A stretch of DNA of 63,832 nt, counting the filler, from Octopus bimaculoides (taxonomy: Eukaryota), in NCBI RefSeq assembly GCF_001194135.2. It is 8 parts of 6 records of this genome, joined end to end, with 100 filler letters (N's around TTAATTAATTAA, not from the genome) between each part and the next. Parts side by side here need not be neighbours in the genome. Positions count along the whole stretch, not along the records: positions 35,245 to 42,061 come from NC_068983.1; positions 42,162 to 50,387 come from NC_069005.1; 6 more parts are not named here. One strand, 5' to 3'. Below, piece after piece: positions 36,772-48,331 of the stretch. The notes beneath the pieces were generated by a model. The model made no database searches and was not told the DNA's origin. It saw only the letters and a program-made list of their open reading frames with translations. Each line of letters begins with the position of its first letter. Position 1 is the stretch's first letter. A program made the translations under genes and the position numbers.

Positions 36772-38829
36772 CGCACAGCTCTCTCTAACTTGTGTGTGTT
36801 AGTGTGTATTTAATGTTTATACATTGTTTATAAAATATTGCCTGAATGCAATGGGACAACACGATGCAATGCTATTGCCTTACGGTAGAGCTATCACAGT
36901 AATACAAGTGGTTCAAACATTGGAATAAATTTTTTGTTATAAGAATGAAGAGAAGTCTATATCCCAAACCCTCTGCATAAAACTTTTCTTCTTCCTCGTA
37001 GCATAAAATTTTTTCTACTGTTTCAGACTGTTAGTATGATTTTTTGCCAAAGCAGAACACCACTATTTTCTTTGGATTCTACATTCATAGCAAACTGCAG
37101 GAATAGTATAATGCTGGAAATAGTACTATATCAGCAGTAGTGATGATGATGCAACATTACTACAGTAGTACCATGAGTGTTACAAGAATGATACTATGGC
37201 AACTAGACTTGAGAAAATGATTGGTAGAAACATCACTGCACTGTCATGTCAGGACTGCTTCAAATTGCAACATCAGCAATGTTACCATTGTAACTATTGG
37301 TATATTTTGCACATGTAGGTCTTCTCTGCTATACATATACAATATAACACCATCACCATCATAAACAGCATCACTGCCATCAACATCATCCACAACCATT
37401 ATAACTGTCACCATCATTACTCTGACCAGAACAGCATACATCAGTGGCAGTTCTCAAACTGACAAACACCAGTACCTCGCACACACACACAGGCATGCAC
37501 ACAAAAATATTAGTGAAATTTTTTGTACAGCTCTATTGATAAAGTTTACATCCATATACTCCTCTTTCTAAAAAACTAATTTTTTTAATCCTTTAACATT
37601 TAAATTGGCCACATCCAGCACAAATATTCTACATGTTTTATGTTCAAACCAGACGGACCTGGTCTCTCATACCTACTGTACAATGTCATTCTTGAAATAA
37701 ACAATCACAACAGTAAAATTTTACAGCTACACAAGAATGCATGATTAATTCAAAACAACATGAATAAATAAGCTTTACAATCCAATACAATTTTTGCAAT
37801 AAGCTGTTTAGTGCAAGAACTGGCCTTATTAGTCATCAGAAAGCTCATCATAACCTTATAGTACAAATGACCCACCCCAACCTCCAGACTGAAAAGTACT
37901 AAATACTCAGAAACAAGTCCTTGCCTCCACCACCACCAGCTGGGGTGGGGTGGGGTATTTACCAGTACCTAAATCAAGAGTTATATATCTAGCACCTAAA
38001 TCTAGAGTTATATCTAAGACATTAAATATTCTTAGAATTGTTTCTACTGTGATCCTTAAATCTGTTAAAATACATTAATGAACTCCTTCCTAACAGCATC
38101 TACTGAGTGGCCATTCACATGCCACACAATGAATACTCCATCATTATGAAATTGACCAACTTCTGTATCAATTCACAAACCTCAGATCTATTGTGCAATC
38201 TCATTGCTACATAAAAAAAATTCTTTGGTCATAATGTTTAACTAAGAATGAATTATCCTAAATGAGCAAACACTTCTTAGCACACAGAATTATTTATTAT
38301 CATACTTATTCTAAAAGTTTTCAAGAATGGATTTAATTATAGATGGATAAAAGTATATCAAATGGCATAAGTTTACAAAAGCACTTATTATCTGTTATTG
38401 AATTATTTGGTAATAGATCAGTTATTATTCCATGACAAGAGAAGGAACCTGCTTAATGTTAAAAAATTATGGAATCTAAAATATTTTCACTGACCCTACC
38501 TATCTCACTTTTTTTCCATTAATTGAATTACCTTTATAATCATTAGAAATAATGTATGTTCCAGTAACATTTTGCACAAGTGCTGGTAGTTATTACTTTT
38601 ACTTCTAAATTAACAGCACATTGAATAAAATAGTTGGTTTTTCCAATAGATATTGGTGGTATTGTTAGGAAGCTGTCTATGGTATATGTCAAGATCAGTT
38701 TTTGAAAGAGTTTTCATTTTGTTAATGTGTTTAGAGTATTAAAATTTTCATAAATCTCTGTAGAACGTCTTCAAAGTATTTAGATGACTTTTCTGTATAC
38801 AAACCCTTTTCATCACCCTAAATTTATGC

Positions 38830-39080
38830 AGTGAGCACTTTATTTGTTTGTAAACTGTCCAGATCTCATTTGTGTAAAAGAGTGCAGATAGGATAATGCT
38901 ATTGAAGAGTCTGGCATGTATGGTATTGTCTAGCTTTGTTTAGAGTACATCCTTTATTGAGTTAAATGACTTCCATCTCAATGCATATTCACTGTGTGCT
39001 ATAAATAGATGTACTCCTTTACCTCCTATATCTCATCTCTATTCATGCCTATGCAACATCTTCCAATTTCATATATCTTG
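38830..39080 (-). mobile_element. Old RTE-like LINE RT fragment
   Basis: WKSFNSIKDVL* then ARLFNSIILSALFYTNEIW (family pattern ARLF.S.VLPALLYGSETW). Confidence 0.55.
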
Positions 39081-39162
39081 TTTGCATGTGGCTCATTTTA
39101 AGACCCACTGCTAAGCTCTAAGTGTTCAGTTCTATCAGCATAATGTATGTTTGTTAGTGTGT

Positions 39163-39210
<48 letters not shown>

Positions 39211-39719
39211 GACATATATATAGACATATATATATGCATATATACACATATATTTATATATACATACATATACAGACAAATATGTATATACATACGTATA
39301 TACACATATACATTTATATATACATACATATACAGACATATATATATATACATTTATATATACATATATATATAAAGACGTATATATATATATATACACA
39401 TACATATACACACACACACACATACATATATACAGTGTGGGGAAATAAATATTTGTACATGTCAAAATTCTTTATTTATTTAATTTCTAATGAACATAAA
39501 TGGGATATACCAATACTATATTTGCATACACATACGTAAACTAAGAATATGCAAAAGAAACTAATAAATTATAGTTACTAATGAATATATATACAATTAT
39601 AAATATTTAGGGGTGAAAAAAGTATTCGTAAAGAATAAATTTATGAGTTTCTATGCCACAAAATACTGTTAAAATAATATTTTTTTTTTTGCTAGAACTT
39701 GCTCGTTTGTTCCAATAAT

Positions 39720-40048
39720 CTTATCAGTGGTCATTTTTAAGTGGAGCGCTGCTCAGAGAGAGACCAATAAACACGCCCATAACACCAAAGATTCTTTGAA
39801 AACTGCCATAGTCAGAGAAATGTCCAAAAAGAACAAGGACTGCTTCATTCAAGCATGTAGCTGCTTTAGATCTCATACAGGAGCAGTTGTTGAAGCTGAA
39901 GGTGGCTTTATTGAATAACATTATAGAAAAGAAGGTTTATTTTTATCCTCATAGCATTTTTTTTTTATTAACAAAGTTATTATCTATTATTATATATCTG
40001 TTTTTATTCTTATAAACATAAATCTGTCTTCAAATATCTTACACCCCC
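39720..40048 (+). mobile_element. Tc1-like transposase 3' end with right terminus
   Basis: WSAAQRETNKHAHNTKDSLKTAI...ACSCFRSHTGAVVEAEGGFIE*, then a TIR-like end CAAATATCTTACACCCC. Confidence 0.75.
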
Positions 40049-40064
40049 CTCTCTCTCTCTGTCT

Positions 40065-40101
<37 letters not shown>

Positions 40102-40200
40102 AATATTGATAGAAATGGCAAGACAACAAAAGAATGAAAGAGACCTCGATATTATGTAAATAGAGGAATTTATCTGCAAATATAATATGTGACAGTTATT

Positions 40201-40275
40201 CAGTAGCCGTGATGAAACCCTGAGTTTCGGATGTCGGGATGGAAACCCACGCCGACATCTCTTCAGTTATCGGTC
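40201..40275 (-). ncRNA. Hammerhead ribozyme-like motif in an inverted pLTR-like segment upstream of the PLE
   Basis: Minus strand: CTGAAGA (40266-40260); stem II GATGTCGG/CCGACATC (8 bp) plus one extra C; GAAA (40228-40225); near-palindromic stem III ACTC-A-GGGT; GTT triplet; imperfect stem I. Confidence 0.55.
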
Positions 40276-40349
40276 CATCGAAAAATGTTATGGAAATGAC
40301 CGTTAAAATAAAGGGAAATTACTGTGTGATTGATGTATACTTCACCATT

Positions 40350-41380
40350 TACAAAGATGAAGCCCTAGCTTTAACCACAAATACAAATGGACCAGCACAG
40401 GATTGGTTTAGGAAGGACATTATCCATTTGATGAAAACTTTCGGTCTTAGCATAACTACAGACACCAACCTGATGGTTGTCAATTTCCTAGATGTATCCT
40501 TAGATCTAAATAAGAATATTTATAAACCTTATAGGAAGCCCAATGATAGACTTAGTTATATCAATGTGGGTTCCTGCCATCCCCCCATAGTGTTTAGTTA
40601 AAAACACTAGCAAAAGAATTTCTAGCCTCTCCGATAGGAACATTTTTAATAGCGTTGCCCCAGTATATAATAAGGCTCTAAAAGATAGTGGATTTAGGGA
40701 GGAAATAACCTATACACTTGCCACCAGTCCAATAATAAAGAAAAGGAAACATAGGAATAGGAAAACAATCTGGTTCACACCCACCTACTCACCCAAAGTG
40801 ACCTTTAATATAGGCAAGTATTTCTTAACACTGATAGATAGACATTTTCCAGTCAACCATAGTTACAGAAAGCTCTTCAATAGACATAACTTAAAAATCA
40901 ATTTCATCTCAACTACTAATTTTAAAAATATAATCGCACACAACACACGAAAACCACAATATGAAATAAGCTGTTCATGCAGGGATAAAAATTTGTGCCT
41001 GCTTGCATGTCCGAGACCGCCATTTATGAAGCCACCGTAGACTCTATATCCACTAAGGACATGGTTTCAATGAAGAAATATGTGGGCCATACAGAGGGTA
41101 ATTTCAAGGCCAGGTTCAATAGTCAGACACTGGGATAAAAGGAAAATGACCAAATTATCCAGTCATATATGGTCCTTAAAAGCTAAAGGTGTCAGTTACA
41201 ACATCCATTGGAAGATCTTAGCCAAGTGTAAGCCCTACACCAATGGCAGTGGATAGTGCGGCCTTTGTGATAGGGAAAGATGGCTCATCTGGAAAACCAG
41301 CTTAGACCCCGCCACATGTCTAAATTCAAGAACTGAACTGTTTGGATTATGTCCACATGTGGCTAAATATTTGTTACGTT
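40350..41380 (+). mobile_element. PLE, 5'-truncated at the RT catalytic motif; RT C-terminus through GIY-YIG, pseudogenised
   Basis: YKDE (for YRDD), RKDII, VVNFLDVSLDL, YKPYRKPND, CHPP, RKTIWFTPTYS...NIGKYFLTLIDRHFP...KLFNR, KKYVGHTEGNFKARFNS, IHWKIL, LNSRTELFGLCPH. Confidence 0.88.
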
Positions 41381-41706
41381 TTTGGTCCCCCCAAGATTAC
41401 AGATAGGACTTGCTTTCTATATTGTGTCCACATACAAGCTTTTTTTATCTTTCTATGCTATTTATTTATATTTCTTATTTATTTTTTATATATTTTTTTA
41501 CATATCTATAGAGATATTGGTTTATAGTTTTATTGCTCATATATTTTTTTTGCACATAATTTTTCTGTATTCTACCTTCCACCCCACTTTTTTCCTGTGC
41601 GTATATAGACATGCATATGGAATTCTTTGTGCACATGTGTGGATGTGTGCAGGTGTGTGCATATATAGACGTGTGTGTGTGTGTGCATGCTAGTATGTGC
41701 GTACAT

Positions 41707-42061
41707 AGAGGAAACTTGGGATAGAAGAATGGTTAGTGAGAGCTGTGCGAGCCATGTACAGAGATGCTGCCAGTAAGGTGAGGGTTGGAAATGAGTACAG
41801 CAATGAATTCCGGGTAGAGGTAGGGGTCCACCAAGGTTCCATCCTCAGCCCCCTCTTATTTATCATAGTCCTCCAGGCAATCACAGAGGAGTTCAAGACA
41901 GGTTGCCCCTGGGAGCTCCTCTATGCTGATGACCTTGCCCTAATTGCGGAGTCACTATCAGAACTAGAGGAGAAGTTTCAGGTGTGGAAGCAAGGTCTAG
42001 AACTGAAGGGCCTTAGAGTCAACCTAGCTAAAACCAAAATCCTAATAAGTAGGAAGGTAGA
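41707..42061 (+). mobile_element. RTE-clade LINE fragment, same family as 35245-36771
   Basis: RKLGIEEWLVRAVRAMY...GVHQGSILSPLLF...ELLYADDLALIAES; high visible nucleotide identity to 36451-36771; cut by the spacer. Confidence 0.92.
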
Positions 42062-42646
42062 NNNNNNNNNNNNNNNNNNNNNNNNNNNNNNNNNNNNNNN
42101 NNNNNTTAATTAATTAANNNNNNNNNNNNNNNNNNNNNNNNNNNNNNNNNNNNNNNNNNNNTACATATACACACACAAGGATAGTCTCAGATAGGTTGAT
42201 ATGGAAGGAGTTAACCATTTTGTTACCATATTTCTGTGAAAATATACTGCCTTTTGTTTAAATTAATTTCGAAAATAAGGAAGAACTTAGTAAATAACTT
42301 GGTTGCTATTTAGATGGATTTTGGAATATAAATAAACAAGATTTTGAAAGGTTTAATTCAGATTACTTTAATTCTATAGCGTTTAAACAGACCATGTTTG
42401 GCTCAAATATCTGCGTGTTGAATATGTTCAGATCTGTCCTCTTGCACCAACCCTTCAATGTCATTCGAAAAATCAGCGATTACATCTTTGAAATCTCAAA
42501 GCCAGGAGATAAAGCAGGATTAATTCAAAACAATGAGAATGAATAAGCTTTACATTTGACAGAATAATCTGGATGCTGAAGGGATTAACAGGGAGCTAGA
42601 GGCAGTGTCAAACAAGATGGTTCGGGAAAGATTAAAAGGGGTCGGT

Positions 42647-43108
42647 CCATGCTGTCTTAAAACATGGGCACCCTGGGCAGTTGCTGAGGAGCCTCATAGG
42701 TTTAGGGACCCAATTGTGATCTATATATGCCAATAAATAAATACTACAGGGCCCTGTGCATTGATTTACTTAGGGGCCTCACAGATCTAGGGGCTCAATT
42801 ATGATCTCTGTATGTTGTGACTTTCTATCAATAAATACCACAGGGGCCAGTGCATTGATTTCTTTGGGGACTTCACAAATCTAGGGGCCTCACGGATCTA
42901 GGGGCTCAATTATGATCCATTTATGCTTTGACTTTATATCAATAATACTATAAGGCCTTCTGCATTGATTTTTCTGGGGGCCTCACAGATCTAAGGGCTC
43001 AAATTTACTCTATGTGTGCTGTAGCTTGCTGTTAATAGATTCATACTATAGGGCCCACGGTGCATTGAATTACCTGGGGGCCTACAAGGCTGCTTAAGAT
43101 AGCTCTGG
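42647..43108. mobile_element. MITE with short TIRs and internal about 95-110 bp tandem repeats
   Basis: CCATGCTGTCTTAA versus TTAAGATAGCTCTGG; about four internal repeats of TGCATTGATTT..GGGGCCTCACAGATCTAGGGGCTCAA. TSD not recognisable. Confidence 0.5.
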
Positions 43109-43568
43109 GTAGGTCACATTGAATGGGTAAAGTCCTAGATATCAAAAAAGGAATGAGATGTGGTCTTGGATGGAGAGCCTGTGATTGTAAATTTTAACGG
43201 CCAAGTTTTAACCAAGGCTAATCAACAACAACAACAGGTTACTTAATTAACAATATGATTTTAATGAATGAGATAAAAGTTAGAAGTAATCCTATCTGAA
43301 GTAGAGGTCATGGAAAGATTGTTAAGATTAAATCAAAAGGATTGATTTAATATAGCCACAATGATAGATGTTTTATGGTGAGTAGGGGTCAATTTAATCG
43401 TTCTCTTGTGACCCCAGTAATTTTGTCTAAATTTTGAAGCCTGGTGCAGCTCTCTGGCTGGCCAGCCCTGTCAAACTGTCCAACTTATGCTGACATAGAA
43501 AACAGATGCTATATGAAGAGGATGATGATGATGATGATAATGATGACGATGACGAAATCAAATGGACT

Positions 43569-43736
43569 TTACTCATTAGGTTTGGTGCTGTTCATACAAT
43601 TTCTGATTTTGTGCTGTATCCGCTCATGAATGTCTGAGTTTGAAGAACTGCACAAGTGTAGAGAGAGGACTAATACGACGAGACAAACAAAAAGGCTTCT
43701 GTGGAGAAGGTTTCTCATCGCGGTCTGGTGCTTCAT
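43569..43736 (-). CDS. Candidate first coding exon or sORF of a secreted/membrane protein (signal peptide), 55 aa if unspliced
   Basis: MKHQTAMRNLLHRSLFVCLVVLVLSLHLCSSSNSDIHERIQHKIRNCMNSTKPNE*. Basic n-region, about 15-residue hydrophobic h-region, small-residue c-region. ATG context ACAATGA; acceptor ttttctgatttcAG at 43791-43790; possible weak donor GA|GTAAAG at 43572. Below the ORF-track length cut-off. Confidence 0.5.
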   Translation of the reverse strand: MKHQTAMRNLLHRSLFVCLVVLVLSLHLCSSSNSDIHERIQHKIRNCMNSTKPNE

Positions 43737-44166
43737 TGTAACTGTGGCCCAATAGTGTTGCTCGTTTGTTTATAAAATACACCTTTTCCCTGAAATCAGA
43801 AAATGCATATATTAATATTAACACATGCACACACAACACCAACCCCACCACACACATCTGTAAAATCTGTAAAACTGGTTAAAAATCTATAAAACAGATT
43901 TTTCTGAATTTAAAAGTTGACTGAAGATGTTTCCACCATTTTGCTGCTTCCTTTTTTTTCCCTACGAAATAAGAAGATACATTATGGAAGTGTTATTTTA
44001 ATGAGTTGTATCTACTTATCATCTGACGAAATACATCTACACCGCTGGATGGTTCTGAACCAGTTGTTGAGTGCCCCACACACGAGGGATCGATGCTAGA
44101 TGTGTCGAAGCAATTGTCGTGATTACTAATAAATTCTCGTATATTCCATCTTCTGTCTTTCATTTG

Positions 44167-44224
<58 letters not shown>

Positions 44225-44963
44225 NNNNNNNNNNNNNNNNNNNNNNNNNNNNNNNNNNNNNNNNNNNNNNNNNNNNNNNNNNNNNNNNNNNNNNNNNNNN
44301 NNNNNNNNNNNNNNNNNNNNNNNNNNNNNNNNNNNNNNNNNNNNNNNNNNNNNNNNNNNNNNNNNNNNNNNNNNNNNNNNNNNNNNNNNNNNNNNNNNNN
44401 NNNNNNNNNNNNNNNNNNNNNNNNNNNNNNNNNNNNNNNNNNNNNNNNNNNNNNNNNNNNNNNNNNNNNNNNNNNNNNNNNNNNNNNNNNNNNNNNNNNN
44501 NNNNNNNNNNNNNNNNNNNNNNNNNNNNNNNNNNNNNNNNNNNNNNNNNNNNNNNNNNNNNNNNNNNNNNNNNNNNNNNNNNNNNNNNNNNNNNNNNNNN
44601 NNNNNNNNNNNNNNNNNNNNNNNNNNNNNNNNNNNNNNNNNNNNNNNNNNNNNNNNNNNNNNNNNNNNNNNNNNNNNNNNNNNNNNNNNNNNNNNNNNNN
44701 NNNNNNNNNNNNNNNNNNNNNNNNNNNNNNNNNNNNNNNNNNNNNNNNNNNNNNNNNNNNNNNNNNNNNNNNNNNNNNNNNNNNNNNNNNNNNNNNNNNN
44801 NNNNNNNNNNNNNNNNNNNNNNNNNNTGTCTCTCTCTCTTCCTGCTCTATACATTCAAGTTAATGGGTTTAAATACATAACACACCCACTTGCACACGAC
44901 ACACTATACACAACGCGGGCACACACAGACACAGACACACAGACACAGACACAGACACACACA

Positions 44964-45023
<60 letters not shown>

Positions 45024-46034
45024 CATACGTTCACCTGTTGCTTAACAATCAGTAAAAATAGTGCGCAGCTTAATAAAATATGCTACTATACACATACACA
45101 TACATAAACACACACACACACACACTTGCACAAACACATTGACACACACACATACACCCGTGCACACATACGCATACATATACACACACTACGTCCACGT
45201 AACATTAGCGGTTCGGCAAAAAGAGACCGATAGAATAAGTACTTGGCTTACAAAAAAATAAGTCCTGAGGTCGATTTGTTCGACGAAAGGCGGTGCTCTA
45301 GCATGGCCGCAGTCAAATGATTGAAACAAGCAAAAGAATAAAAGAATAGAATGTATGTGTGCGTGTGTGTGTATACAAGCGTTTCCATATATACATATAT
45401 ACATATCCATATATACATATCCATATATACATATATACATATATACATATATACATATATACATATATACATATCCATATATACATATACACACACCTGC
45501 ATAATTTCCTAAATTATGATGATGATTATAATGACACATAGAATGTTAATACAGACATAGCTACACACACACACACACACACACACGCTATTGTAAAAAT
45601 TACTACCGTGAAAATAAAAACCCCCATTTATAAATATAACTTTAGATTTGAATTGCACCTAAAATGCGTCATAGTCTTTTAAAAAAAAAAACCCACAAAA
45701 CAAAACAGAACACCTCCACATTGTCTAATAGTCTAATTAACGTCAAATATTAATTAATCGAACATTTTAAATCAACTTATCATGATCATTGTCATCGTTG
45801 TTATTTGACGTCTGTTTTCCGTGCTGGCATGGGTTGGATAGTTTGATAAGGGCTGGCAGGCTGCAGAGCTGCACCGGGTTCCTAATGTCCGTTTTGGTAT
45901 GATTTCTCCAGCTGGATGTCCTTCCTAATGTCGACAGATTTACAGAATGCACCGGGCGCCTTTTACGTGGAACAAGTACAAGTGCTTTTTATGTGGCACT
46001 GGCAACTAACAAAAGAGAAAATTATTACAGCTAA

Positions 46035-46123
<89 letters not shown>

Positions 46124-46185
46124 CGTACGAGTGAGTGGACAAACGAAAGAAGGGCACTCAACCAATTTATTGGGAGTTACATGTC

Positions 46186-46321
46186 TGGATCAAAACAGTT
46201 TGATTCAAACATGTTGGTACTCTTGAGTTTCAAGCGTGATGCTAGTCGTCAGCCATTTGGCTGACGATTAGCCCCACGCTTGAAACTCAAGAGTACCAAC
46301 AAATCAAACTGTTTTGATCCA
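46186..46321. repeat. Near-perfect 136-bp inverted repeat (hairpin)
   Basis: Arms 46186-46255 and 46258-46321, 2-nt centre TT; only a 6-nt bulge (CAAACA), a 2x2 mismatch and one G-T pair. Confidence 0.9.
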
Positions 46322-46660
46322 TATACATACATACATACATACATACATACATACATCTTCGGCCTGACGAGTGGCCTGCGGTATACACCTTGTTTGGATA
46401 TTTACCACTTCCGAGATTCCGCTCGCTTTGAAACATATGTAGCCCGGATTTCATCTTATCGACACCATTCCTTAACTCTTGTGTTCTTATTCGCATGCCT
46501 AGCAATGCTGGTTGCATACCGTGAAATATAGAAAGAACTTGTTTTTAGTTTATCGTACTTCGATACGAAAAAAGAAAATCCACAACCTTCCGTTTCAATA
46601 AACCATTATTGTCCCTGGAAGTTGTTTTTTTATATTTACAACGGATTGCTTGAAGCTTAC

Positions 46661-46715
46661 TTTCTTCCCACACCTCGATCCCTGGATCCTGTCCATCATA
46701 TGGATTCCTTGCACG
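46661..46715 (-). other. Candidate 55-nt internal (probably 5'UTR) exon
   Basis: Acceptor gttctttctAG (46717-46716) and donor AAA|GTAAGC (46660-46659) bracket non-repetitive sequence, on the same strand and contig piece as the 43573-43789 exon. Confidence 0.3.
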
Positions 46716-47870
46716 CTAGAAAGAACAGTTAAATCCCATACCACTATTTAGGGATAAAACTTCGAGGGGAATGAAAAATAGGCGAAAGGTAAAGGATAAA
46801 GACGATTTAATGACCTGATTAAACAAGGCTTTAAAACCGAAGTTAATTCGATTGAAGTTGATTCAAGCGTGATCGGGTTACTATAAATAGTATACTGACT
46901 CGTGGTGATATATATATTACAATAACAAACAACTAGAATGTCAACAGCGTCGTAAAATCAGTCAACCAGTAAGTTATATAATAAAACAGGGTGTGACAGA
47001 AATATCGCCAGTATAATATATTATCGGAGCGAGGAAGAAGGGTTACAAAAGACACGGTACCTTTTGACTCCTCAAAGTTATGGTCAATCAAGGTCAGAGA
47101 TATTACGTTAGCAATTTAAAAGGCCGCTGCCCCACCAGAGAAATATTGGCTTCAAATTTAGGGACAAGGCCAGCAATTTCGTGAGGGCGGAATTTGAACT
47201 CAGAACGTAAAGACGGACGAAATGCCGCTGAACATTTCACCCAGCGTGCATACGATTCTGCCAGCTCGACGCCCTCTAACAGAGAAACATTAAAATCGTT
47301 TTAACCTCTTACAAAATAAACCGATAGATTAAGTACCAAGCGCTTAAAAGAAATACCGGAGCCAATTCATTCGACTAAAAATGCCCCAGCATGGCCGCAG
47401 TCTAATAATTTAAACAAGTAAAANNNNNNNNNNNNNNNNNNNNNNNNNNNNNNNNNNNNNNNNNNNNNNNNNNNNNNNNNNNNNNNNNNNNNNNNNNNNN
47501 NNNNNNNNNNNNNNNNNNNNNNNNNNNNNNNNNNNNNNNNNNNNNNNNNNNNNNNNNNNNNNNNNNNNNNNNNNNNNNNNNNNNNNNNNNNNNNNNNNNN
47601 NNNNNNNNNNNNNNNNNNNNNNNNNNNNNNNNNNNNNNNNNNNNNNNNNNNNNNNNNNNNNNNNNNNNNNNNNNNNNNNNNNNNNNNNNNNNNNNNNNNN
47701 NNNNNNNNNNNNNNNNNNNNNNNNNNNNNNNNNNNNNNNNNNNNNNNNNNNNNNNNNNNNNNNNNNNNTATATATAGTTGAAATTTGCCGAAAGGCACGA
47801 AAAAGACGAATGTAGGTGTATGAACAACAAGCAGATGTATTAATTTGACGCTCGGGAAAGTGAGAAAGTC

Positions 47871-47904
47871 TTTTACATTTCGAGGCTACGCTCTTCATCA
47901 GAAA
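47871..47904 (-). ncRNA. Minimal PLE-type hammerhead-like motif (solo pLTR remnant)
   Basis: Minus strand TTT-CTGATGA-A-GAG-cgtagc-CTC-GAAA-T-GTA-AAA. Stem III reduced to AT/GT (canonical minimal form GAAACGTA); 3-bp stem I. Confidence 0.5.
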
Positions 47905-48262
47905 TAAGTGAAAATGAACGGAGAGAGAGAGAGAGAAAACTTGTAGATTTAGCGGTCAAGCATGGCGATACATATATGTGCATGTGTGTAAGAACGATTG
48001 CTCCGGTGTAGTGGTTAGAAGAGCTATACAATTGATAACAAACATAAAGTTATGAGGATCGATTCTCAGAGCGATCTTACAATTTTTTTCCCTCGCCTTC
48101 TTTGCACAGACTATCTGCCGCGGATTTACACATACAAATATTCACACATACGTGGAAACATCTATAGGTTAATAAATTTACACATGTATACATACATGCA
48201 TATAAATTTATACACATCTCAACACATGCAAGTATACTTACTGAGGACAAAATCTGGCTGGA

Positions 48263-48331
48263 ATTTGGCTTCTTATTGGCAGACGATAAGATTTGGCTCC
48301 TTATTGGCAGACGATAAAATTTGGCTCCTTA
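48263..48331. repeat. 28-bp tandem repeat, 2.5 copies
   Basis: ATTTGGCT(T/C)CTTATTGGCAGACGATAA(G/A). Confidence 0.9.

Noticed and set aside
44015-44070. CTGACGA plus CATCTA/TGGATG stem
   Set aside because: GAAA is incomplete (GAAC) and stem I is absent; at best a badly decayed remnant.
43772-46715. Alternative spliced frame ending ...VWEERKRCIL* as a prenylated or G-gamma-like protein
   Set aside because: Cys is third from the end, not a CaaX position, and there is no G-gamma similarity upstream.
46880-46975. Plus-strand TATA box, TCAGTC initiator and GTAAGT donor
   Set aside because: TATA-to-Inr spacing is about 75 bp rather than about 30; such motifs are frequent in AT-rich DNA.
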